This document shows, one piece after another, positions 10,207 to 20,258 of a DNA stretch of 64,000 nt. Each line of letters begins with the position of its first letter. Within the stretch, counting starts at the first letter, position 1. Made by a program: the position numbers and the translations under genes. The DNA is taken from positions 91,682-155,681 of the forward strand of contig JALWZB010000155.1 in NCBI GenBank assembly GCA_027002995.1, written 5' to 3'. The notes beneath the pieces were generated by a model. It was not told the DNA's origin. It did no database searches and worked only from the letters and a program-made list of their open reading frames with translations. The DNA comes from Desulfurococcales archaeon. Lineage in GTDB: Archaea; Thermoproteota; Thermoprotei_A; Sulfolobales; NBVN01.

Positions 10207-11151
10207 TTATAGGCGGATTTCGGGGTTCGTTGTCACTATTACGTCGCCGTCACGCGTTATCAGTATGGTCTCCTCAAATTGAGTCACTAAGCCCCCTCCC
10301 ACCTCGACGAGCACTGGGTACTGGTTTAGGTAACCCTTGCGTGCTAGTGAGGTTAACGACGTACGTAAATTCGATACCGGACTCACATCAACTAACCACC
10401 GCTCACAGAAAGGTAATGTCTTGAATCGGCGTATGATCTCGCTAAGCACCTTATGCTCGGACTCGCTTAATGGCTTACCCTTCACTCTCCTTAATGAGTA
10501 TATCTGGATCTTCCCTTTGGCTTCCTTAACCATGCCTTTACCCGTAGTTACGAATGGCTCTATGGCGTATGCTCTGTCCGTCCTGAATTTTCCCAAGACG
10601 AAAGGATCATTGTAATTGGGTATTACCTCACCGCTATGTATTAGGTAGTGACCAAGGCTGTGGCCTGATAGATTCTTAATTACCTTGAATCCCGCTTTTC
10701 TGGCTGTGTTCTCTATGATTTTACCTATTTCCCTAAATTTTGTTCCTGGCTTCACGGCCTTTAAGGCCTTCATTAAGGCGTTTTGAGCGGCCTCCGCTAG
10801 GGGTATTAGTTTATCGTCCAGAACCACAGTTACTGCCGTATCTGCAATGTAGCCATTAACGTGCACCCCTATATCGACCTTGACTGCTGATGCGTCCGGG
10901 ATGACTTCGACGTCGTCTATGTAGGGAGTTCTGTGAGCCGCTACCTCATTTATTGAGATATTTACAGGGAATGCTGGGAAACCTCCCAATTCTTTAATTT
11001 CTCTCTCTACCGACTCTGCTATCTCAACAATCTTTACGCCTGGCTTCACTAGTCTTCTGGCGTTCTTCTTAACTCTGTAGGCTATTTCACCTGCCTTAAC
11101 GTAGCACCTGATTACGTCGTTGATTTCCTCTGTGTTCATATGTCTTACCAC
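10207..11151 (-). CDS. map: methionine aminopeptidase, type 2 (archaeal)
   Basis: AHRTP, DIGVHVNGYIADTA, GHSLG, YAIEPF and QFEETILIT metal-ligand motifs. Confidence 0.9.
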   Translation of the reverse strand: MVRHMNTEEINDVIRCYVKAGEIAYRVKKNARRLVKPGVKIVEIAESVEREIKELGGFPAFPVNISINEVAAHRTPYIDDVEVIPDASAVKVDIGVHVNGYIADTAVTVVLDDKLIPLAEAAQNALMKALKAVKPGTKFREIGKIIENTARKAGFKVIKNLSGHSLGHYLIHSGEVIPNYNDPFVLGKFRTDRAYAIEPFVTTGKGMVKEAKGKIQIYSLRRVKGKPLSESEHKVLSEIIRRFKTLPFCERWLVDVSPVSNLRTSLTSLARKGYLNQYPVLVEVGGGLVTQFEETILITRDGDVIVTTNPEIRL

Positions 11152-11250
11152 CTAATTAGTGTGGCTGAAGTTTAATACATTGATTCCCCCACCGTACCTG
11201 AGTTAACACTTTATGGCTATGCACTTAATAAATATCTGGGGTGTATATCG

Positions 11251-11940
11251 ATGGTTAAAGTTAGGTGGTTTGGCCATTCAGCCTTCGCAGTTGAGGTAGG
11301 GGGTAAGGTCTTCCTAGTGGATCCTTGGATCACCAACCCTAAGTCACCAGTTAAGGACTTAAGTGAGCTAGGCATTGAGCCTGACTACATCCTAGTGACT
11401 CACGACCATGGTGACCACCTAGGTAATGCTGTGGAATTACTGAAGCTATACAAGAAAGCTAAGGCTGCCGCGATATTCGAGGTAGCCAATCAAATAGCTG
11501 AGGAATTGGGTGATCCTAACAGGGTCATTGACGGGAACATCGGGGGACCTATACAATTAGGTGATGGCTTCTTCGTAGTTCTGACGACCGCAACACACTC
11601 AAGCAGTAGCGGTTCGCCGACAGGCGTGGTATTCGGTAGGGAAGGTGAAACAGTGTATCACGCCGGCGATACGGGGTTGACTTACGACATGAAGCTTGTG
11701 GGCGAACTCTATAAGCCCCTGGTTGCGTTACTACCCATAGGCGGGCACTACACTATGGGGCCTAGGGAGGCGGCTAAAGCTGCGGAACTAATAAAGCCCA
11801 AGTATGCTATCCCAATGCACTACGGCACCTTCCCAGTCCTATGGGGTCGACCAGAGGTCTTCAAGAATGAGGTTGCTAAGCTAGCGCCTGAAGTTAGGGT
11901 AGTCATCCTGAGTCCAGGTGAGGAAGTCGAGTTAACCTAA
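11251..11940 (+). CDS. UPF0173 metal-dependent hydrolase (metallo-beta-lactamase fold)
   Basis: VTHDHGDH motif. Length and N-terminus (VRWFGHSAF) are typical of UPF0173. Confidence 0.8.
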   Translation: MVKVRWFGHSAFAVEVGGKVFLVDPWITNPKSPVKDLSELGIEPDYILVTHDHGDHLGNAVELLKLYKKAKAAAIFEVANQIAEELGDPNRVIDGNIGGPIQLGDGFFVVLTTATHSSSSGSPTGVVFGREGETVYHAGDTGLTYDMKLVGELYKPLVALLPIGGHYTMGPREAAKAAELIKPKYAIPMHYGTFPVLWGRPEVFKNEVAKLAPEVRVVILSPGEEVELT

Positions 11941-12058
11941 GCACGGGCATCAGACCTGCGTGGGTCCATCATCTTTTTAATCATACCTTTCGAGTCTCAT
12001 CACATACCCACTAAATATTATGTCCTTAACGGAAAATTAAGGCTGGTGAGTTAAGCCT

Positions 12059-12685
12059 TTGCGTGCCGCCGTTATAATCACGGGAGCCAGTGGCGTGGTC
12101 TACGGGGTTAGACTGGTTGACGTGCTTGCTTCAATGAAACATGAAGTTTACGTTATCTTAACTAAACCTGCGTTAACAGTGATTAAACATGAGTGCCTAT
12201 GTACGGACAACCTAATTAAGTACCTTAAAGGAAGAAGCAAGGGAATATTCTTCGATGAGGATCTCTCATCCCCCATCTCCTCCTCATCCTTTATCTTTGA
12301 TGTCGTTTTCGTAGCCCCATGCTCCTTACGAACCCTGTCAGACATAGCTAATTCAAGGCAAGATAACCTAGCAACTAGGGTTGCCTGCAACGCATTAAGG
12401 TTGCGACGCAAGTTGATATTGTTGATCAGGGATACCCCACTCTCAACTATAGATATCTACAATATGTTGAAGGCGTCAATAGCGGGGGCCATAATACTGC
12501 CTGCCTGCCCTGCTTTCTACACACGCCATAGCAGGGTTGAGGAACTAATAGATTTCATTGTTGGTAAAGCCCTAGATGCCGCCGGAATAGACAACGACCT
12601 GTATGATCGATGGTCTGGCTTTACTCCAGGAACTCCTCTCTGCGCCCAACTTTTCTGCTCAGAAGACTCCTCACCTTCTCATTAA
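12059..12685 (+). CDS. ubiX: flavin prenyltransferase UbiX-like flavoprotein
   Basis: ITGASGVVYG N-terminus, APCSLRTLSDIA, NLATRVA. Confidence 0.75.
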   Translation: MRAAVIITGASGVVYGVRLVDVLASMKHEVYVILTKPALTVIKHECLCTDNLIKYLKGRSKGIFFDEDLSSPISSSSFIFDVVFVAPCSLRTLSDIANSRQDNLATRVACNALRLRRKLILLIRDTPLSTIDIYNMLKASIAGAIILPACPAFYTRHSRVEELIDFIVGKALDAAGIDNDLYDRWSGFTPGTPLCAQLFCSEDSSPSH

Positions 12686-13088
12686 CCTCGTCCTTCTCAA
12701 GCTCTTTTAGGAAATCATCCCCGCTCTCACGGAACTTCACCGCGAAAGCGCACCTACCGTCCGGAAGCAGCGCTTTCCTCTCACAATAAGCAAACTGGCA
12801 GCTCGCACCTAAACACTGGTCACCTATCCATCTGCACATTGCTGCCTTCTGCACATGGCCCTTAACTACCTTGTTGACTGTGACTAAGGCGTTTTTAGAG
12901 CATTTGAAGAATGGACATAATGGGTTGCACTTGTCCTTGAGGGGCATTGGTCTTAGATCGCGGCGTTTCTCACGCTTATCCAGCATTGGGTGCCCCTCGT
13001 ACATCCGCCTTCCATAGCGCCTCTCATGGTCATAGTAGCGGGGCTTATACCTGCGTTCGTGGCCTGGTTGCTTTCCTTGCGGAACCAA
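12621..13088 (-). CDS. hypothetical basic, Cys-rich protein
   Basis: N-terminal RRY/K-rich region followed by about 10 Cys (CNPLCPFFKC...C...C...C..C). 65-nt convergent overlap with ubiX. Confidence 0.4.
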   Translation of the reverse strand: MVPQGKQPGHERRYKPRYYDHERRYGRRMYEGHPMLDKREKRRDLRPMPLKDKCNPLCPFFKCSKNALVTVNKVVKGHVQKAAMCRWIGDQCLGASCQFAYCERKALLPDGRCAFAVKFRESGDDFLKELEKDEVNEKVRSLLSRKVGRREEFLE

Positions 13089-13129
13089 CGCTAATCACCG
13101 GTTGAATTCATGAAGATGCTCATGATTTA

Positions 13130-13756
13130 CTACGGCTTCAACCATTTAAAAGTTATGTAAGACCTAGCACCTGAAGGATACGTTATGGCAAGTAGTAGCT
13201 CCTTCCTCACACTATGTGATAGTCTACCCCACCCTATCAGGTCGCCAGGATCTATCAGCTGGTCATAATCGAGCACCTTGACTAGGTAGGGGGCATGTTC
13301 AACGCCTGGCATCGCTTTATAAACGGCAAAGTCAGCGCCGTACTTCAGCGCTGAACGCACTATGAAGCCCGTATCCCTCAGCTCCTTATACGCGCTGTAA
13401 AGTACATCAAAGTCCTTGACCACTTCCCTCGCGAAGGACCTCAACTCCTGAACGCTGACCTTCATCCCCTCCCTAAGCACCTCAAGTACCCCGGCCTCAG
13501 CAAGGTACGTGGTCTCAAGCAACGATAACTCTATAGGCCTGCGTATGTCAGTTGTCTTAGGCTTCCTAATCCCAACGGGTTTGCCGAAATAACCCCTGCT
13601 GAAAAGGCAACGAGCCTTATCTACGTCAAACACCACTGACTTTGACCCTATTAGATGCGCCTGTACGGGAGCACAGACCCTAACACTCTCAGCGGTGTAG
13701 GGATATGTACCTGATATAAGTCCCCACCCTCTTGAGAATGTCGGCTGCATCCTCAA
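13130..13756 (-). CDS. endA: tRNA-splicing endonuclease, catalytic subunit
   Basis: YKELRDTGFIVRSALKYGADFAVY, catalytic His in EHAPYLVKV, catalytic Lys in SHSVRKELLLA. Confidence 0.85.
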   Translation of the reverse strand: MRMQPTFSRGWGLISGTYPYTAESVRVCAPVQAHLIGSKSVVFDVDKARCLFSRGYFGKPVGIRKPKTTDIRRPIELSLLETTYLAEAGVLEVLREGMKVSVQELRSFAREVVKDFDVLYSAYKELRDTGFIVRSALKYGADFAVYKAMPGVEHAPYLVKVLDYDQLIDPGDLIGWGRLSHSVRKELLLAITYPSGARSYITFKWLKP

Positions 13757-14441
13757 GCTTATCGAACAGCTCCTTTATCAGTATCAGTGTCCCAACATCG
13801 TTACTGTAATTCTTTATTGTCTTCAACCCGCTCTCCCTGTAGAGCTCGTCAACGGAATTCTCCTCCTTCATCAGCTTAAGGTAGAGTTCCCCAACCTGCT
13901 TGTGGTTCGTGCCTACCTTCATTAACATTTCGGAGTTTGTTTCTACCATCTCTATTAGTTTTCTCAGGATCGCGTCAAGTATCGCGTAGAGAGTGTCGGG
14001 TAACCTCTCAAATTCCTTGTTGCTTAACAGTAGGTTCCTGTAGGCAGCTGCCTCTCCATGCTCAGCTGCCCGAACCAAGTCTTGAATGATGGTAACATAC
14101 ACATCCTTAAAGGTCAGGGCTGGCGACACTCGAATGACGTACTCCATGAGTTTTATCCCGGCCTCCTCAACAGAGTCCTTTACAGACCTGATTTTCTTGT
14201 ACCTCCTTTCTACCGCGACGCTCTTACCTTCATCTAAGTCCTTAAACATGTAGAGTAATTCCCTGTACTCGTCGGCAACGTTACGCATCATTGCCATTAA
14301 TTGCTCCATTATCTGTGACTCGGCTATACTTTCCCGTTCTCCCATCCCTCCTTCATCAAACCGGATTGCCTCTTCCGCCATGATTCTTTCTGCCCACTTG
14401 CATTTCCAAGTAAAGCTATTTAATTGTTTAGTTACTAACAC
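13689..14441 (-). CDS. hypothetical helical protein
   Basis: ORF only. Its 3' end overlaps the endA 5' end by 68 nt. Confidence 0.4.
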   Translation of the reverse strand: MLVTKQLNSFTWKCKWAERIMAEEAIRFDEGGMGERESIAESQIMEQLMAMMRNVADEYRELLYMFKDLDEGKSVAVERRYKKIRSVKDSVEEAGIKLMEYVIRVSPALTFKDVYVTIIQDLVRAAEHGEAAAYRNLLLSNKEFERLPDTLYAILDAILRKLIEMVETNSEMLMKVGTNHKQVGELYLKLMKEENSVDELYRESGLKTIKNYSNDVGTLILIKELFDKLEDAADILKRVGTYIRYISLHR

Positions 14442-14512
14442 AGCAAAAGCTGGGAATTGGAACCTACCTCAAATTATGAAATTATACAAGCTTAAGGCAG
14501 GTTAACGCTGGT

Positions 14513-14923
14513 TCAGCTTTGCTTATCGAGAACCTCTCTAAGTTTTCCCTTTAGGTCTTCGACACTGGTTATCTCCTGCTCAATAAAGTTAAGTTCGTTC
14601 TTGTCTGTGGTTGCTGTGTTTAATTTCTGCTTGATCTCCTGGAGTATCTCAAGCTCTTCCTCCACCGTCACTAGTAGTGAGAACTCCAGTAGGGTGTTAA
14701 TTAATTCTCTGTACTCTTCACTCACATTGTTTCGCCTTACGTTGCTTAAAGTTCTGAGTAGCGCTTTACGTAAGCGGCTTACCTCCTTCAGCGTTGACTT
14801 TAACTTTTCGTAATCTGTAGCGTTACCTTTAAGTGCATCTGCTCTCTTCCTTAGTTTCTTGAGAAGCCTGTCGCGTTTTATTGTTAGGTCTTCGATGTTT
14901 TTGAATAGTAACGAGTCCTCCAC
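14513..14923 (-). CDS. hypothetical coiled-coil protein
   Basis: ORF with heptad-like K/E/L-rich sequence. GTG start directly abuts the upstream stop. Confidence 0.4.
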   Translation of the reverse strand: MEDSLLFKNIEDLTIKRDRLLKKLRKRADALKGNATDYEKLKSTLKEVSRLRKALLRTLSNVRRNNVSEEYRELINTLLEFSLLVTVEEELEILQEIKQKLNTATTDKNELNFIEQEITSVEDLKGKLREVLDKQS

Positions 14924-15364
14924 TCACGCACCCCTCACGGTGGCTAGGCTGTTGTCAGCCACCCCCTTCTCACGCATTACCTCCGTGTTAACCCAAACTT
15001 CGTTTTCGGGTATGGATTCGTTTAGGACTGGCTTAAACGACATTCTTTTCTTGCCTGGCACGGATAGTTCTACCCTTTCCTTAACGCCTATGAATTTGGC
15101 GAGAGTGGGAGATAGGTGGAGTTCGTCGGGTGGGATATTGTCCTTTAGCCTGACGCGTATGCGTTTCTCCCTTACTTTAGGTCCTTCTCTACGCATTAGT
15201 TGTGATGCAGGTGGTATGACCGCCACCAATTGCTTTATATCTCTCTTCTTCTGTGGTTTCTCCTCCCCCTCACTCAGGGTTGACACCTCGGCATGATTGA
15301 ATTCGTTACGGAGGCTTATTATCTTTCCTTCTTCAGGTATGATGCCACGGTTAGGCTTAAGCAT
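14924..15364 (-). CDS. hypothetical protein
   Basis: ORF only. Confidence 0.4.
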   Translation of the reverse strand: MLKPNRGIIPEEGKIISLRNEFNHAEVSTLSEGEEKPQKKRDIKQLVAVIPPASQLMRREGPKVREKRIRVRLKDNIPPDELHLSPTLAKFIGVKERVELSVPGKKRMSFKPVLNESIPENEVWVNTEVMREKGVADNSLATVRGA

Positions 15365-15434
15365 TACTGAGGCGAGTACCCACGAAAAGTGTTACACCCC
15401 TAGTTCAAGGATAGGTTTCAGCTGAGAAGAAGCG

Positions 15435-17183
15435 CTAACGCACTTTTTCGGTGACCCACGATATGACGTCACTGATAGGGGTCCTTACCTGTTCTCGTGT
15501 GTCCCTATACCTTATGGTTACCGTGCGATCTTCCTTTGACCTGTGATCAACGGTAATGGCGTAGGGCACACCTATCTCGTCTGCCCTATAGTACCTTCTG
15601 CCTATAGCTCCGCTAATGTCGTAAAGTGCAGCTATTCCTGCTTCCAAGAATCTCTCATATATCTCCCTAGCAATCCTCACTATTTCCTCGTCATTAGTGA
15701 CTAGTGGGAATACCGCCACTTTTATTGGGGCTATCTTGGGTGGTAGTCTCAGCACTACCCTGTCCCCTTCTTTAGTGTAGGCTTTGTCTAGGGCTACGAA
15801 GACTAGCCTCTCTACGCCGAAGGATGGTTCCACCACATGCGGTATGATCTTCTCTCCGTGGACAACCTCCTCTTGCACCACCACCTTTACCGCGTCCTTC
15901 GGTATCCTGTGACCTTCAACTTCTATGAACTCCTCGGGTGTTTCAAGGAGTTTCTCAACCTTCTCAGGATTCATTGCTCTTAATGCACTGATCACTTTCA
16001 CAGCATCTGAGCCGAGCTCCTTTCCTATGATTGCCTTGTTAATCCTAACTTTCTTGAGTTTCTTCTTGATGGGTTTCTCGTATCTTCTGAATACTGTGAG
16101 GTCTTGACCGGAGTATTTCTGGTGCCTTGATAAGTCGTAGTCGCCTCTGTACGCGTGGCCGGATACTTCTACCCATCCCCATCTGCTTACCTTAACTAGC
16201 TGGTCGAATGTTTGGGTTGCGTAGTGTGCTCGTTCCTCCGGTAGTTTCTCCTCAAAGAAAGTTTCTTCTTCACTTAGTCCAAGCTCTTTAATGAAGTCCC
16301 TGGACACGGCCATCCAGTAAGCCATCCATGGCGATACAACTATTCCTTCCTCGATCGCTTCCTCTATGGTGTACTGTGAAGGCTTCTCCACACCCTCGAG
16401 TCGGTCCTCAGCTCGGAGGATGTTTAGCTTGCTTTTAATGCCGCCTGAAATTCTCTCAAATGGTGGTTGCCCTGGTTTCTCTGGGTCGAAGAAGAATTCC
16501 ATCTCGGCTATTGTGAATTCCCTTAACCTTATCATACCTTGCCTAGGTGAGATCTCGTTCCTTGCCACTCTCCCTATCTGCGCTATGCCTAGAGGTAGTC
16601 TGCTCCTCATTACGGTATGTACCCTCTTAAACGAGATGAACATCCCCTGAGCTGTTTCTGGCCTCAAGTAACCCGTATTACCCTCGTAAGGCCCTATCGT
16701 CGTCTTGAATAGTAAGTTGAATGTGCGTACCTCTCCTAAGGGACCGCCGCAGGATGGGCAACGTAAGTCGTTTTCTTTTATTATTTGGGTTAATTCCTCA
16801 GGCTTCTTACCCTCTGCCCTAATCTTCAATTTCTCTTCTATTAGCTTATCCGCGCGGAATATGCCGCCGCATTTCTCGCACCTGACTATGGGGTCGGTGA
16901 AGCTCTCTAGGTGACCGCTGGCTTCGAACACCTTAGCGGGGTTTATCACGGGTGTTTCTATGATTGTCGCAAGATCCATGTGGCGTAGGACGAAGTACTT
17001 AAGCCATAGGTCTATGATGTTTCTCTTCATTAAGGTACCTAGGGGGCCTAAGTCGTAGAACCCTGAAACGCCTCCGTATATCTCGAAGGACTGCCAGAAG
17101 AAGCCCCGTCTCTTCGCCAATTCCATGAGTTCCTCGTACTTATCCTCCTTTGCCTCCGTTCTCAATATCCTTAACCCCTCCAT
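15435..17183 (-). CDS. glyS: glycine--tRNA ligase (archaeal/eukaryal type)
   Basis: RRGFFWQSFEIYGGVSGFYDLGPLG N-terminus, class II motifs, Zn-ribbon insert CEKCG...CPSCG. Confidence 0.95.
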   Translation of the reverse strand: MEGLRILRTEAKEDKYEELMELAKRRGFFWQSFEIYGGVSGFYDLGPLGTLMKRNIIDLWLKYFVLRHMDLATIIETPVINPAKVFEASGHLESFTDPIVRCEKCGGIFRADKLIEEKLKIRAEGKKPEELTQIIKENDLRCPSCGGPLGEVRTFNLLFKTTIGPYEGNTGYLRPETAQGMFISFKRVHTVMRSRLPLGIAQIGRVARNEISPRQGMIRLREFTIAEMEFFFDPEKPGQPPFERISGGIKSKLNILRAEDRLEGVEKPSQYTIEEAIEEGIVVSPWMAYWMAVSRDFIKELGLSEEETFFEEKLPEERAHYATQTFDQLVKVSRWGWVEVSGHAYRGDYDLSRHQKYSGQDLTVFRRYEKPIKKKLKKVRINKAIIGKELGSDAVKVISALRAMNPEKVEKLLETPEEFIEVEGHRIPKDAVKVVVQEEVVHGEKIIPHVVEPSFGVERLVFVALDKAYTKEGDRVVLRLPPKIAPIKVAVFPLVTNDEEIVRIAREIYERFLEAGIAALYDISGAIGRRYYRADEIGVPYAITVDHRSKEDRTVTIRYRDTREQVRTPISDVISWVTEKVR

Positions 17184-17223
17184 ACCTTAATTAAGGGTTT
17201 TAATTCTTTAGAGTTCGGCGGTA

Positions 17224-18144
17224 ATGATGTTGAGTGAGCTGTACCTGATTAGGAGACCATACGCGTTCTTAGGTATTAGTGGGGACCCGGGCCGAAGTCC
17301 CGTGAGCGTTGTTGGCGTGCCCTTTGATTCCACGAACAGCTTCAGGAGTGGATCTAGATTCGCGCCCAGCAGGATTAGGCTCGTATCGCAGAGTTTAGAG
17401 ACGTATTCCTTTAGGTGTGGCGTGGATCTAGAACTTCAGCCTCCCTACGATGAGGGGGACATAGCCGTCTCTCACGGAGATGCTGTCACTACATTGAAGA
17501 ACGTGGCTGTGGTGACAAGCGACTTGCTAGGGAAGGGAAGGATACCCGTATTCATTGGGGGTGACCACATAATCACGTACGGGGTTATCGATGGGGTAAC
17601 GCAACATTTAGGCCACGCACCCTGCATAATCGTGTTCGATGCCCATCTTGACTTGAGACCTGAGTACTTAGGGTACAGGTGGAGCCACGCATGCACGACA
17701 CGCAGACTGGTTGAGATCGTTGGAGGCAATAACGTGCTGGTGATAGGTGCAAGGGCAGCATCTAAGAACGAAATTGAGGACGCCCGGAAACTAGGCATTA
17801 AGTACCTCACGAGCTTCGACCTCATGCATAAGAGCATAAGAGAGGTCACCAACAAAGTAAAGGACATCACAAGTTACTGCACTGAAGTATACTTCTCCAT
17901 AGACATGGACGTCATAGACCCAGCATACGCACCAGGCGTAGCCACCCCCGAACCAGAAGGCATAACACCAACACAGCTACTTGACATACTGTGGCGTTTG
18001 ACAGACGAAAGAACCATAGGTGCAGATGTAGTTGAAGTGAATCCCTTAGTTGATACCTCGGACATAACGTCGTTCTTAGCAGCAAAGGTACTCATAGAAC
18101 TAATATCATTTATACAAGTAAAGAAAAGCATAACGCAAACTTAA
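17224..18144 (+). CDS. speB: agmatinase (arginase family)
   Basis: GGDH, DAHLD and SIDMDVIDPAYAPGVATPEPEG manganese-ligand motifs. Confidence 0.9.
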   Translation: MMLSELYLIRRPYAFLGISGDPGRSPVSVVGVPFDSTNSFRSGSRFAPSRIRLVSQSLETYSFRCGVDLELQPPYDEGDIAVSHGDAVTTLKNVAVVTSDLLGKGRIPVFIGGDHIITYGVIDGVTQHLGHAPCIIVFDAHLDLRPEYLGYRWSHACTTRRLVEIVGGNNVLVIGARAASKNEIEDARKLGIKYLTSFDLMHKSIREVTNKVKDITSYCTEVYFSIDMDVIDPAYAPGVATPEPEGITPTQLLDILWRLTDERTIGADVVEVNPLVDTSDITSFLAAKVLIELISFIQVKKSITQT

Positions 18145-18178
18145 CGCCTAAAAACCCCATAATTCATAAAAATAATGG

Positions 18179-18257
<79 letters not shown>

Positions 18258-18352
18258 GCACCTCCTAATTTTCTTGGTTACATAATGTACTTCTTGGTAC
18301 ATTCTGAGATTTGTATTATATCCTCTTCAGAATGCTTTTGCACACTCAATCT

Positions 18353-18697
18353 TCACGTTTTCAGTTCTAACTCGAACTCATAGCCTAGTTCGGAGGCTGC
18401 CTTGGCTATCACTCTGAAATCTTTATCTCTTGTTACCAGCCTTTCTCCTCTGTTAAGTGCTATGGAAGCTATTAGTAAGTCGGCAAATGCTTGAGGACTT
18501 CCTTTCTTTAATAGTTGCAGTTGGAGTTTATGAGCAGTGAGATAATCTTGCTCTACGGGGAATATAACGTTGCCTCGGAAGTGCTTGTAGTACACTATAC
18601 GAGGGTATTCCACAAGAGTCACGACGGTTATATCCTCGATTATGAGCTTTCTCTCGCGGACCAGGTCTATCACGACACTGGTATCTAGTATCGTCAA
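18353..18697 (-). CDS. vapC: PIN-domain toxin VapC
   Basis: ILDTSVVID N-terminus, acidic residues in FADLLIASIA and TRDKDF. 4-nt overlap with the upstream antitoxin ORF. Confidence 0.85.
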   Translation of the reverse strand: MTILDTSVVIDLVRERKLIIEDITVVTLVEYPRIVYYKHFRGNVIFPVEQDYLTAHKLQLQLLKKGSPQAFADLLIASIALNRGERLVTRDKDFRVIAKAASELGYEFELELKT

Positions 18698-18933
18698 GGT
18701 AGCCGCTCCCTCTCGCGTCTACGCAACTCTTCTACATCGTATTCTCCCGCCTCAATGTCCTCTAGTAGCTGCTCTTTCTTCACACCAAGCTTCGCCCTAA
18801 TCTCTTCGATACTAATCCGACCCCAGAGCCTCGCTATCACCTCTTCTATAACTTTCTGGGCCTCCTCCTCTGATACCCATGGGGGTAGACTAACCGTGAT
18901 GGTTTTTGGCTTATTACTCACCGTTATCACCAC
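18694..18933 (-). CDS. vapB: putative VapB-type antitoxin
   Basis: 79-aa ORF overlapping the vapC start by 4 nt. Position-based call. Confidence 0.6.
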   Translation of the reverse strand: MVITVSNKPKTITVSLPPWVSEEEAQKVIEEVIARLWGRISIEEIRAKLGVKKEQLLEDIEAGEYDVEELRRRERERLP

Positions 18934-18999
18934 TCCACTAGTAAGTGTCCGCTTAGACCCTAAAAGGAGTTCCCGAGCACCCGCCTAAATTGGGCTGTT

Positions 19000-19229
19000 T
19001 ATTCTATGCGTTTCTTTGCTTCATGATAGAAAGATACATCGGAAGAAACTATGCTGACGTGTACTAGGTGCCCGCGTTTAACCTCCAAGACCTTTACCCG
19101 GCTTGGAATAGTCTCGCCCTACTCTCTTAACTAGAACCTTAGGCATTAGTACGTTAGAGAAGGCTTCCCTTAGCAACCCGAGCCCACAAATATCGGAGAG
19201 AGTGCTGTCAGTACGCTAGTATCGACCAT
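19000..19229 (-). pseudogene. PIN-domain toxin pseudogene (frameshifted and truncated)
   Basis: The minus strand reads MVDTSVLTALSPIFVGSGC*. After a frame change it continues GLGLLREAFSNVLMPKVLVK, then stops. Only about 230 nt remain before vapB. Confidence 0.5.
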
Positions 19230-19245
19230 AATCTTCAACTAGAGT

Positions 19246-19531
19246 CTAGCCTCTCCCGCCTTCTATGAGCGTCATCATAGTCTTCATATCCTTCTCAAGC
19301 TCCTCGAGGTCGTAGTTTAGCGGTACTCTTCTGGAGCGCAGCTCGTGGAGAAACTCTCTGAGACTTAACCCAGCTAGCTCAGCCCCCCAGCGAAACCCTC
19401 CCCTCACGGTAGAGCTCAAGTGCCACTAGTAGCCTTAGCTCCTCCTCGACGCCACGTGGTCTCGCGAGCTCAGCTAGCTCACTAGGAATCCTTATCTTAA
19501 CCTCAACTTGCTCGGTCACAGTCAGCCCCAT
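19246..19531 (-). pseudogene. UPF0175-type antitoxin pseudogene (single-nt frameshift in a G6 run)
   Basis: MGLTVTEQVEVKIRIPSELAELARPRGVEEELRLLVALELYREGRVSLGG*. Removing one G at 19383-19388 restores ...AELAGLSLREFLHELRSRRVPLNYDLEELEKDM... Confidence 0.55.
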
Positions 19532-19608
19532 CTTTGGTATGTATAGTTATGGAGTCTAATTAGCATGCTGGCCTATTATGTTTCTAAGAGCATGAAAGGC
19601 GTCCCTCC

Positions 19609-19818
19609 CTAGACCCAGCCCTTGTTGCCATACTTCTCTGTGAGTTCCTTGTTCTTGTGGAACTGGTAGGCTAGCTCCTCCCTTTCCACGGGCCCGTGGA
19701 CAACCACCTCTATGCCCCCGATAACGTACCTGCCGGGCTCCACTACCTCAGGAAGCTCATTCATGCTCCGGTAGACCCTAGCCTTAGCCTTAACCGCACC
19801 CAAAGCATCACAACCCAC
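19609..19818 (-). CDS. hypothetical small protein inside the element
   Basis: ORF only. Confidence 0.25.
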   Translation of the reverse strand: MGCDALGAVKAKARVYRSMNELPEVVEPGRYVIGGIEVVVHGPVEREELAYQFHKNKELTEKYGNKGWV

Positions 19819-20141
19819 TCTTCACTATAAACTCCTTATAATACTTCCCTTTCAGGCGGAATGAATGTTTTGAAGTCTAATATATCGGCCTCCTTGCCAG
19901 CAAGGAAAGCGTACATGCTGGAGGAGAGTAGCCAAGAGTCATGAAACGCTCTGAGCCTCTGCATATTGCTCTACACCCTATCAAAGGACGAGACAGATGG
20001 GCTATCTATTCACTTCTGGTGTAATAACCGGTTTACCATTAGCGTTTCACTAGGCAGGAATGGCTATGTGTCCGGATAGTCGGCTATGCATAAACATTTC
20101 AGATTCTCATCGATTACTGAAACATCTGTATTTGTATCTCT

Positions 20142-20192
20142 GGCCTTGTAAGCCGGTGGTCGCGGGTTCAAATCCCGCCGGCGGCTCCACAA
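20142..20192 (+). repeat. 51-bp direct repeat, copy 2 (attR-like; orphan tRNA-Thr 3' part)
   Basis: Identical to 18207..18257. No 5' part of a tRNA precedes it. Confidence 0.9.
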
Positions 20193-20258
20193 ATATTTAC
20201 TCCAGCACTTGATCAAAGAAGTTATGCCTGCGTAGCTACGTGGACTTAATTCTTTCCT

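Larger units (their letters stand above)
18258..20141. mobile_element. remnant of an integrated element at tRNA-Thr (no integrase left)
   Basis: Bounded by a perfect 51-bp duplication of the tRNA 3' part. Cargo is toxin-antitoxin genes and pseudogenes. Confidence 0.6.

Noticed and set aside
12059-12685. UbiX as part of a UbiD/UbiX decarboxylase system
   Set aside because: No UbiD-like gene is present in the window, so nothing supports a local system.
19820-20141. Search for an integrase fragment next to the attR-like repeat
   Set aside because: Only very short ORFs (for example MNVLKSNISASLPARKAYMLEESSQES) with no recognisable integrase motif by eye. It is left as non-coding remnant and needs a sensitive search.
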